This document shows, one piece after another, positions 11,701 through 23,700 of a stretch of DNA of 64,000 bases (within the stretch, counting starts at the first letter, position 1; each line of letters opens with the position of its first letter). The notes beneath the pieces were generated by a model, which saw only the letters and a program-made list of their open reading frames with translations, ran no database searches and was not told the origin of the DNA. The DNA comes from Phoronis australis (taxonomy: Eukaryota; Animalia; Phoronida): NCBI GenBank assembly GCA_002633005.1, contig NMRA01000159.1, positions 1 through 64,000 of the forward strand. Reading direction: 5' to 3'. The position numbers and the translations under genes are program-made.

Positions 11701-14700
11701 CCCCCCTCCCACACGGATTTTACTGAAACAGCCCTGAGCAGCTTTGAATTTGCGTATTCAAAAATGTGGCGCATGTACACATTGCCTGTGGTTTCAGTTG
11801 GTATCAGAAGTTATATATTGAATTAAAAGATTTGATATTTGTTTTTTTAGCTATCAAAACAGGGAAAATGTATCCTTAATTAATGAACTGCTTTTTAGCA
11901 CTGGGCTTGACTCTTATGATAACTTCTTTGACCGGCGATCCACCAGTCGACTTCAAGACGATTTTGACGATTATAGGCAGGATTACGACCTAGACAGGTA
12001 ATTAATTGTATGCAAGTGGAATGGGGATGGGATGTTTCTGTTCCCAAGTAGAAAAAATGGCTTTAAAAAATGTGGCATTGAATTGGTGCATTTCGTGTGA
12101 CAAATGGAATTCAAAATATCAATTTTAACTGTGCCCTAAAGGTCACCGGCCCATCATAAAAAAACTGCATTAGAAGTGTTTGCATAAGAAGGTCATAATA
12201 TTTAGTAAAGTATTACAAAAAATTCACTAGCTGAATGTGTAATCTCATTCATATACATTGTCCGATTGGACTCTGATGAAGTGTTAATCATTCGCAAGTG
12301 AAGAAGAACTGCGCCCTGAGCGTTTTTTTGGAACAAAATGCTTAGTAATGTGGCGGGTAAACCTAATTAGGGGTGTTTGACTCAATTAGGGTGCTTGACC
12401 CAATTAGGCATGCTTGACCCAGTTAGGCGTGCTCGTATTCTAGGTCTTTGTTTGCAACTTACTGCATCTTAAGATTTTGTTTTTCTTGATTGGATTGTAA
12501 TTGGAAGAATAGTGAATACCTTAGTTTCTTTTAATTAATAATGGGGATTTTCCCACAAATTTTCTGTCGTACTTTGTTATGTCGGTTGCGTGCGAGTGGG
12601 CTGGCCATAAATAGCCGTCTGACATAACGAGGAATTCCGTTAGCTCTCGGCCATCGTGGCGAGGATTAAAGGGTCATTTTGTCTAATCTTTTTTGGCATG
12701 TACTGTGTTGGGTCTGCAATGTTGTTATGAGCAATCTCGAGATTATGGGATCTTTGATTTTCTCTTTTCACAGGCAACAGCTGGGATCCATACAGAAAGA
12801 GTTGGGTGGCCGACACGCTAGTGACTCTGGTGTGGGTCTAATGGACTTGGGAGGCAGACGGAGCAGTGACATGGGTTTAATGGATATGGGTGGCCGGCAT
12901 TCCACTGACATCAGCATGGGTTTGATGGATGTTGGGGGCCGACGGGGCGGTGACTCTGGTTTGAGTTTGATGGGTGTCGGAGGTCGACGCGGGGGAGACT
13001 CTGGTATGGGCTTGTTGGACGTCGGAGGTCGACGCGGAGGAGACTCTGGAATGGGCTTGTTGGATGTTGGAAGTCGACGGGACAGTGACTCTGGCATGGG
13101 GCTGTTGGATGGCGGCGACAGTCTTCTTGGCAATGGCAGTAGGAACAGCCAGCAGAACCTGCTGGGTAATGTAGCGGCACAGATCTCTGTAGTGAACTCG
13201 CTACTACAGAAGGCGTCAGGGTGAGTATCAGAGATATAGCTTCAGAGACGGAAATGGTCAATGTCTCAATAACGTTAAATTTGCGGCGATTTATTTTTCT
13301 TGTTGTCTTCTCTTCTTAGATAACTGTTGCCTCTACACCTGATTTCATGGTGACTGCTGTCTTGATTATAGAATTGCAAACAGTAATTGCTCATTTCAGC
13401 ATTTCACTTGTCTCGACTCCATTGCGTTGCCAACAAGTCTCTCTTTTGGCTTTCGTTTGCACAATTATGTTGTTCATAGCAATTTCCTGAAATGTAACTG
13501 TTAACTTTTGGCATGCAGTTGTTGAACTGTTTTCATATCTTCTTAGGGTTGGTCTGGCAGACCTTCAGAATTTGGCTAATCGCATGGGCGACGGTAGCAG
13601 TGGATCTAACACAGGAGGTCTTGGCATGAACCAATCAAATTTGCCCTTGGGCCGACAGAACAATCTTGATTTTGGCGTTGGTATGCAAGTCATGGACAGG
13701 TCTAGTAGTGGGTATGATCAGTCAAGTCGTTTGGTAGACATGGATCGTCCCAGACAGCCGTTGGACAGCCGGTCATTCGGGCCTCGCTTGCCGCAGCCAC
13801 AGATGCCCTCTAAACGGCCTCAGCCATTACTGGACATGGATGTCGGTAGCATGAGTGGACCCAAGAAAACCCGGTTCAGCTCGGGGGTAAGTGTACTATT
13901 GGTTTAGTAGCATTCTCCAGCAGGTCTTAAATAGACAAATAAACGGATTGCTTGAATCTGTTGCTGTACACCATTCATTCATGATGCAGTTAAGTGGTAC
14001 CAGGATGACATGATCTGCTGATAGCGTTTGCTGCAAGTAGCTAAAAAGTGACCAGGTCCGTTGATGACGACTGGGTCTAGTTTCTAAATCTATGAATGAA
14101 CTTGGGTATGAAATGAAGCGGGATTATTCGGTTTCTTTAGCTTTGTAGAACGATGGAGCATATCTCGTTATGCCCAGGAATGCGCGTCGGTTTCAACAAT
14201 TTGATTACTCTTCTTATGCCCAGTTTTGCAAGTTTGCTTGAAGTTTGGGCAAGTTTTTATCAATTGAAACATATTCACCTGTATTTTTGTGGTGGCTATG
14301 TCACTGGGTGGTAATCAGTGCCCGGTTGCATGAAACAGTCCCAAATAGGGACTCGATTAAGTTCCCTAAATCTGCTGCGTATTTGTGGACGTGTGAAAAC
14401 ACCAATTGCCCTTTCTTGTATTGTTTTAGTTTCATTATTAAGTCAACTTTTGGCTTTGATACAAATCGAATATGAACTCTACGTTGAATTGTCAGTATTA
14501 TCGAAAATTAGTAGGGATCTTTTCATGCAACACCCCCAATTTAAGGACTGAGTCCCTATTTATTTTCAATGAACTCAGGGCGCAGTTTTTAGTTATATTA
14601 TTAGAAAATGTCATTAATTAAAGAGGAGCTCATAATAAAGATGGAATGATAGAAAATATTGCATACATTAGTACATAAAGATACAAATATGCAAACAAAT

Positions 14701-17700
14701 TTAGGGACCTTAGTTGATTCCCTATTTGGAACCGTTTCATGCAACCGGCCACGGGTTGCTTGCTTTAGACTTGATGTCCTTTCATTTGTCCTCTTTAGGG
14801 TCAAGTAAACTACTAATTGACCTTGACCTCTTGTTGCTTTTTTGCCATTAATTGAAGCATCTACAAACCCACGTTCTGCCACAGAAAAACTAAGAAATCA
14901 CTTACAGTTATGAAATAGGTCTCAAATTGTCCTCTAGTCAAAGTAGGTGCGTTGATTTCTATGCTTGGAAACGACTGGCAGTCCGTTATTGTTTTAGACT
15001 ATGCCCTACAGGTTGACTTGTCGAGGCGTGTCATTTTATTCGCCGAGCATGATCACTAGTTTATAACGAAATGTAATTTTTTGCAAGCCAAAAATCTTTC
15101 CGATCTGAGTAAGGAACAAGTTGACACCACTTCTATTGGGGTATATAAATGCTCGAAATTGAACTTTCTTTTTTCATGGAACACCCGTTTCTTGTTGCTT
15201 TGAGTAATTAACCATGTCGATTAGTTTTGCTTCACCATTCCCAATATAGATGCTTGTGATGTGCCACTTTGCCAGTTTGGGCTATTGTTGAAGATGAGTC
15301 TTGGAAAAACGCTAGAGAGTATTGAGAGGCCGTGTGGCCTAGTGGGATAAGTATCTGCTTCCTTTACTCAAAGTTGTAGGTTCAAGTCCCACTGGGACAC
15401 ACTGCTAGACCCTTGAGTCAGGTCTCTAGCTCCTCAGCTTGGTTTTAACTATATATTAATGAAGCATAAAAATGATTTCAGGTGATCAGTGCAGTGGCCC
15501 ACTCGAGCGGCCTGCGCGCGTCTGGTTCAACGTGTACCAGATTGGCTGCAGTTATTTTTGTAGAGAATGTTCATACAGTTTTGATTTTTACCTCCGCCAA
15601 CCAATTTTTTCTAGGTTGAGAGATTTGCTCTGTTTTATTGTCAGTTTTCAGCTTTTTATGTACAAAGTTGTTGATTGATTTTGAGACACATGAAAACTAA
15701 TTCACTTTTTAGAGTTACACATTTAATGCCTGTTAAAAAACAATGTTCACTTATATCAAAACGTGCCTCATCAACATTAGGCTTTTGTATTAGAATTGGA
15801 AATAAATCGCACTGTTTACCATTGCAAGCCAGGGTACATTCTGGCTAACCCTTTGCGTAATTATGTATTGCATATGATGCCATTGGGTGAAATCACATCA
15901 TGCATTGCTGCGGTGCCTTAACTGAGATGCACATCCTCTTATTGGTCTCTTACCAAATGAATCGTTTAATGAAATATTGCTATTTCTGTTGGCATCAGTT
16001 CCCACCAGCAGAAAGCCCTTGCAATGCTGCGATTTTCCTTACAATATTGAATGGAACTGTGCGTTACAACCAAGAGGTTGTAATGACATTACAACCAAGG
16101 GGTTGTAATGATCCTGGTGCAAGAAGACTTGGGAATCAGCTCTCAAACTTGTTCACGACCCAGAGCTTCAAAAAACCAATAGTTGCTTTACAAGTCCAAC
16201 ACATTTTATGTAGTGTTGAGTTGATTTGTTACAAAGCTGTCAACTTTCTGTATACTGCCTGGTGACAAGTGGTGACGAGGATAATGCAGTCTGTCTCTGT
16301 GGACGTTGATGGAACCTCTTGGTGCTCTTAGAGGCAGCTGTTGAAAAGACCAAGTTCTTCGATATCTGTTCATACTGGGCTGCTGCCAAGTACAGTCTGT
16401 GGCAAATGTGCGACGACTACTCTGATTCTCCGGCGACAAGTTTTCTGTCAGCAAAGGCCAGTCTTGTATGCTGCTGTGAAGATAACCAGATCTTGAACCT
16501 CAAGTGGGTCTCCCGTGTTGGAGGCTATTGTCTTTTTACCCCATATCTCACTATCTCCCATTCTCATTCAGAACTGATAACTACAGCTTGGTGCATATGG
16601 GAACAAAGTCAGCGTTGTTGCAATTTACTGGTTAAGTCCAGTCGTGAGAAAATACCCGAAAGTACCTTAAAAAGTACAAGCACTTTGAAGTGAACCTGAT
16701 GACTGAAAGAAAGCAAGCTGAATGGATTGATACCCGCCATGCGTATCCTGTGACCTGGTTCTACCAGCTACTTGTTGGTCGTCATCATTTTGTTGAGAAA
16801 TGAGCAATCAAAGAACACTTACTGAAGACTCTGGGGCATCACCATGTTGTCTTATTCTTCAGTCACGCTGGCACAGCTTATCCTGAACTTGGAGTAATTA
16901 AGCTCTCCTTGACACTGAGTAGGTCACATTATCCTTCTCTTTCAAAGCAGAAGACATGCTTGTAAAGTGGAGTTCAATCCTTGTGGTAGCTGTGTTCGTG
17001 CACAGTACTATGATAGAGGGCAGGCCCTTGCCATCTTACCACTGCTGTAGCCTGCAAATAGGCTCAGCTTGAAGGGGTTTGGCATTGCACCTTATGATTG
17101 ACATTTCACCAAGTTTGACGGAAATTGGCCAATAGGGGACCCGAAAGGTGTAACCATTCTTTTTATGGTCAGAACATTACCTTTTTAAGGAAGATTGCAC
17201 TGTTTTACTGGAAATTGGCCTCATAATTGATATTGCATACTGACTGCCTATGAAGTTAATGGATCGTCGTTATGTTTTGAACGCAAATGCACAACAGGTA
17301 TTGCTTTAACTAGGTGTTCAAGTTTTTACCCAAAGAGCCTCAACATATTGTGCTCACTCTCTAGAGCCTTATTTGAAGAACTATGAATTTTTGGTGCCCA
17401 TTAAAAGTTGTAAACCAAATCCGTCTGGGATACGGTTGCAGTCACACTTTATCAAACATATTTCTGGTTGAGCTTGTTCAAAGAGTCTTGGGGGAACTTC
17501 TATTTGAATTTGAAAATGTGATTGTGACATAATAGCTGGTGTTTGAAGAACCAGGATTGCATTTACTGTCATTTGCGTAAGAGCAAAGCACATGTATTTG
17601 AGTCTTATTTCTCTTCTCTAAAGACTCTTTAGTGAAAGCGTAAAGCACAGTGGTTGGCGTTCTGTGTATCTCTACTCACTCCGTTTCTTATATATATTTA

Positions 17701-20700
17701 ATAGTTGATCATGTGATTCACCGTTTGCCTTATGTGAACACCGGGCCATTCGTTAGATGTTGCCTGCGACTTACACATCGACCACTGTTCATGAGTGCCT
17801 TTTTTAGCAGAGTCGAACCAGCGGGGGTCTTCTACCGAGTCCAAGTGCGGCAGTACGGAGAGAAGAATCTCGCTCCAGATCAGGAAATGCCCATTCTCAA
17901 GAGCGCAAGTCACGCTTTAGTGACTGGCAAGGAGGTATGACACTCGAACTCAATACTCTGCCTCGCGTGTCCATTAAGTATGCGCAGTAGGTTCTCCAGA
18001 CAGAGGTCACCACGTGCTGATCTTTTGTAGGTATCACAGACAGATATTTTGCCACCTGTTGACTACATTTGTACACTTTTACAGTGTCATTTGAACAACA
18101 GTTCACACTTGTACACATTTACAGTGTCCTTTGAACAACTGTTCACACTTCATAACATGATACAACGACTGGCTAGTTTTCTTCTTGGGGTGACAAAAGC
18201 AATATATTGTTTCTTTGACTCCGACTCGAGTTTTCGAAAGATGACGCCTTCACATACAGTTATTGCATAACATTTTCTTGCTCATTCAAGCTGCGACCTG
18301 AAACGATCCTAAGTCCTTGTGTTTACTTAAGTTACTCTGTCATTTCTGGGACTTGGTGAAAGTTCCTATTACATAGATTGTGTTAAACTCTAAAAGCAGC
18401 TTGCTGTCCATTGAGGGCTGTGCAAACCATCCTTGTTGCCGCAGTATCAAAAATCTAGGCCTTTGTCAAGTCCCTGTAATAGTTTTGTCAAGCCCCTGGC
18501 CCGGAAATGTAGATCATCGCACGTCTCCTTACTGTCTTCAAGACAATTTGTGCACAGTTTCCTAATCTCAAGCTTTATGTATTGCACCTTTGGCGTATAA
18601 AAATTTCTGGTGACACATTGACTAAGCGTGGCCAACAGTGATGCGCACTGGTGGTCAAGCGCATCTCTTTCTTGAATGAACCCACAAGTCTGCTCTCAAC
18701 TTAAAGGTGTTTAGTTGACCATATTTTGAGATTGGATGCAGTCTTCACTGTCTCGCTTCCTCGCTCAGGACCAGCGCAGCCCATTGTATTGATTTTGTCT
18801 TCCACTTTAAAATACCTTCTTTCGTTCATATGCATCAATACAGAAGTACAATTTGTCTTTTCCGCGCAATTATTTATGTTTTTTCAGAATCCATAATTAT
18901 CTTACAGTGATTCACCCTTGCCTTGATTTGACTTCATTTGGCTTGGCACATAACATTCGCGCACGTGCCAGAAAAGCACTCCACACATTTTATAATTAGC
19001 CTGTGTACTCTACAAAAGACGCAGTCTCCAATGTACAGAAAAACACAAACATGGTACTGCAGCTACATTGGTTTGTGGCAACTGAAACTGAACTCTAGTG
19101 GCCCACTCCAGACAATTTCACACATATTTCCAATGTTTTTGCAGTGGATCCCCAAGTGTAGGCCACCTCAGACACGACACAGCACTCCATTATTGGTAAC
19201 CGAAATGCTATCTCGCCCCTCATTCATGGGGTACCTCACTCTCTGCAGTCTCCTCAACAAATTCTCCGAATGTTTGGAGTATGCTCGTTCACATGTGCAT
19301 TTCCTTCATAGCCTCCGTGATGTCCTCGTCGAATTTTGACTTTGGAATTCCCATTTCCCGCTATTTGCTTATTTTGTGTTTGATCTGATGGTTGCTCAGG
19401 GGGACATGGCCGTGACTCAGACCGACGTCGCAATAACAGCCGAAGTGAGAGGAACTCTGCCACACGCAAATCAGAGTCGAATAAGCCGGGCCAGAAGCCG
19501 TCGCCTCAGTCTCGGGACCCCAGAGGGCGGTCGAGCTCAGAATCCAAGAAGCCACAGGAAGAGTATGATCCGTCTCAGCCAACGGATGATCATGAGGTAG
19601 ACCTTTTGTTTTACTATACACTTGCTGTCACTTAATTACTGTCCTTTGTGAATGCATCGTCTTTTGTTCCAGTTTGAAGTAACGCACCATTTTGCTCCTG
19701 TGTAAAATGACAGACGTTTCCCCTGTGAAAAATGACGTTACACTACGTCTTTCTTGGCAGAAAATAACCGTCGCTGTCTTTTTGCAGTGTAAAATAATAG
19801 AAACTGTCATTATGGCATTATCGTGCTGATACAGGTTAATACCTATGGCGCTTTATTGTGTAAGCCAAGGTGGTTGATTGCTTTCCCAAATGGATTAACT
19901 CGTGTGAAAGCCATCACCGTTTTTGTGCACACATACCACAGTGTTAGAATGAGCCAAAAACGACCATTTTGTGTCGTATTTGTCCATTTTTGGCAAAGTA
20001 CTGCTGAAGCTGAGGCAGGCGTTACGTTCCTTTAAGTGAAGTCGTATTAATTGGAAGTGACTCCCAAACCAAGTGTGGGCATCACCATGTTACTGTGAGA
20101 TCTGGAATTTTAGTCGGAGGGCGTTAGTTGAACTTGAGTTGTAACCTGTATGGGTGTTGTAAAGTGAACACAACCGACGTCACAAGTAAGAGCTAGATCT
20201 GATCTGTGGGAAAGTGAAAACGGTTCTACCGGTCTTGCATAGAGGCAGAACCTTTTTGGAATTGTCCTTGATTCTGCTGATTCGTGGATGTTTTGGGGGC
20301 ATGTTGATAAAAATTCTATTGGAGCTCGCAATGCATATTTGAAACTAAATCTGACATTTAGATTATTTGAACTGATCACAATCTGACATTTAGATTATTT
20401 GAACTGATCACAATCTGACATTTAGATTATTTGAACTGATCACAATCTGACATTAAGATTATTTGAACTGATGACAACCTGATACATGAAGACGTACAGA
20501 TGGTGAATGAAAAGTTTTTGATTTGCTTTTTTAAGTACTGTACCTTTTTAAGGAAAACGTTTTAATTCCTAAAAAGTACTTTAATGACTTTGTAGCAGTT
20601 CTGAGTTGTTTCTGTTAGAGATGTTCCCTTATGTGACCAGCCTCGTAAAAATTCACCGATTTAGGACTCCATCAAGAATTGATGGTCACTTAGTAAGTCT

Positions 20701-23700
20701 GATGTGTTGTGCAATGATACTAGGGTATTCATTGGATAGCTCACTTATTCAATAGATGGTACAACATTTTCGGACCACAATACAGTTTGTAACAGATTTG
20801 TTGTATTTTAAGCGCGGCAACGTCCTCATTATTTAACTGGTTTGTTTCATTGTTTTTGTCTTGCGTAGACAACTGTGAAGGAGACGTCCTCTGTCAGCAC
20901 CAAGTCGCCCAAACGCGACGTCACCAAAGATATGAAAGTGACCATAGAGAACAAAGATAAGAATCCCGAGGTAAACAATTGTTGCTTCACTGTGGAATTT
21001 TGCATGCTTCCAACTGGCATTGCTTCGTATTTTGAATTACATAATGTAAATATCGCGTATGAAGTATAGATATGCAATTTAGTCANCCCTTTTTTTGGTT
21101 TCAGGACGAGAAGCCATTCCACTGTCATGCATGTAACATTGATTGTGGCTCTCAGAAGGTGAGTACATTTTTGCTATTCCTTTGTCCATGTCATAGTGGT
21201 TGGTGGACGTAGGTTAGTGGTTTGCAGCAAATCATTTTTGCCTTGGAACCTGATTTTAATCGAGTTGAGAACACTGCAGTATCTTCTGTACAACTGCTAC
21301 TCTGTTCCGAATATGTCATTGGTATGATCACGTATGACCCAGTGTAGTCTTCCCTGATAGCACATGACTTGGGATTATCTCCTATTAGTGTGTGTTTTCT
21401 CCCCCTGTTCGTTCATTACCTGGTGTTGTCTCCCCTGTTAGTTTTCTAGTGCTGTCATCTGACTATTACAGGCATTTACCAGCCACATGCAGAGTAAGAA
21501 ACACAGTGAGCGTATGAACCAAATGTTCCTCTATCACAAGGAACAAGAAGCACAGAACCAGGCGAGGCGAGTGGCAGAGAAACACCTCAGGCAGATCGAG
21601 GGAAAGTAAGTGCTGCCATCTATTGCTTCGTGCTCAAGTCAATGCCTTAAAGGTACTGCTACTGCATTTTTTCATCTCCTTTGTGAAGCTTGAAAGTAAA
21701 GTAATGCAGTTCTGTTATTCAGTGTTAGATCGGTGTTCATGAATTCAATCCACACTCATGAATTTGGAGAATTTCGCATTATATTTGGCATTAAAAATCT
21801 TAGTTTGTGAATGTGCTCTTGTTTTGTTTCAGGAAGAAACGCTGCAAGGTGTGTGACCGCGACTTCCTGGGTGACCCCATCAGTCACAGGCGGTCCACTG
21901 AGCACAAGGTAAATAAATGATTGCTTGTTTAAATGGCAGCCAAATCTTTCACTAAGGTTCCATTGTGCCCTTGTCTAATTACAGTTAGTTATTTTTGCAC
22001 CTAGGGAAGCAATAAATAATTAATGTGTGTTGCTGTAGTATAAAAGTTTTTAATTCAAAACTAGACAGAATTCTGTCAAACCCTGTCTAACTATGATAAA
22101 CCTTTTGGTGGAGTTATTTAGTTGCAATTCTGTCGCATTATAATAGCTTTTTTGTTGATTAGTCAGAGTTGATTGTGATGTTGTTACGCCTATCAGCCAA
22201 TTGTTTGTGAATGGACTTGCACATTAAACTGTCAATTTTGATGACAAAGTGACTAAAGCAAAGCCTGTTTAAGGTTTTGCAGGAATTGAATCGGAGTCTT
22301 TTGAAAAGAAATGCGTATTAAGTTATAGCTGTGTCGAAGCTGTTGAATTTCGAGGTTGTCCAGGTAATTTTAAAAACAACTATAGGTTAAAACAGAAAAA
22401 TTACCAAATGCCACGAATTAAGATCTTATTAATTTTCACGGTCGGATTATGAAGAGGTGCCTTAGTACTCTTTTGTAAATGCCAGTCTTTCTAGAATACT
22501 GGCAGTAAAATTACACAATCTCGAAAAATTCAGGAGACATTACGTTGGAAACTATCACAAACGTGCGCTCCATCAAAGACACAAAGTTACAATTTAAACC
22601 AGGGTTATGTTGTTCCTTACATAAATTAGTTGTGATCTTTGGGAGTGTAGACATCTGAGAGATTCATAAGGAATACTATGGCTAACGTAACTACGAATAG
22701 ATTTATATTCGTCATGAAATTGCGGCAAAAACGTGTTTTTTGAATGATCTGCCTTGCCAACTTGTCGAGCTCGTTCACAAGAAATAAAGAAATGCAGTTC
22801 TTTCCAAGAGCAGAAATCACCTGTATTCTGACTAAGGAACAAGTAGGGACATCGTCCAAATCAAAAGGGAAATTTTGAAGGAAGGCAGGGTAATAAGAAC
22901 TTGAATGGACTCTTGCTCTCACGCTAGACGTTTAGTAAGGTGTATATTCTGTTTCTCACCAGCGCAAAGAACGATTGGTGGCCCGAGGCTGCCCCCTCTG
23001 CCATATGACCAGCCCATTTGAAAGCTACCCTGCCTACGTAAAGCACATCTCTGGTGTTGAACACAAGAAGGTACGATTTTGTCAGTGAGCCCTTGTTTCA
23101 TTTTTGTTTCGCCAGACCAATAAATACCTGAGCCGGCCTCGCTGTTCGGCGTGTGGACTATTCTTTCGGAAAGCCTGCCAGCTTTTGGTGCACTTCCAGT
23201 CGGCAGTACATCAGCAGGTTAGTCCGTGTTGGTAAAGCATTGCCTTGGTTGGTGTCCTGGTATTGTGATGAGACGACGGGACTGTGTTTGGGTATTTTGG
23301 GGGTTGTGTGTGGCCCTCCTCATCATTGAGTTTAGTAACTGTTGAGACATTTTATATCAGTTGCGTTTGTTACCGAAACACTTGTGAAAGCAAAGTGAAG
23401 CGTGGTGGTCCCAGAACGATTGTGGCCAGTTGCACTAAGCAGTCCCAAATAGGGACTCGACCATGTTCATTTAGCTTTTCACTGCATTTGTGGACTTGTG
23501 CCATTTCTTAATGGTGATTTATTTTCATTACTGGGTGAACTTTTGACTTTGATACAGACTGAGTGTAAATTCTACATTGAATTCTCATTGTTGAAAATAA
23601 ATACGTATGGTTTTGTGCGATGGCCTTAAGGACTCAGTTCTTAGATATTTTAGCAGAAAAATGTTAGTCTGACGAACTCATAATGAAAATGAAATGACAA

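Noticed and set aside
12768-13261. Pro-rich antisense ORFs
   Set aside because: They are shadows of the Gly-rich repeat exon on the + strand.
20349-20480. 32-bp repeats of CRISPR-like length
   Set aside because: The units are contiguous with no spacers, there are no cas genes, and the site is a eukaryotic intron. It is a minisatellite.
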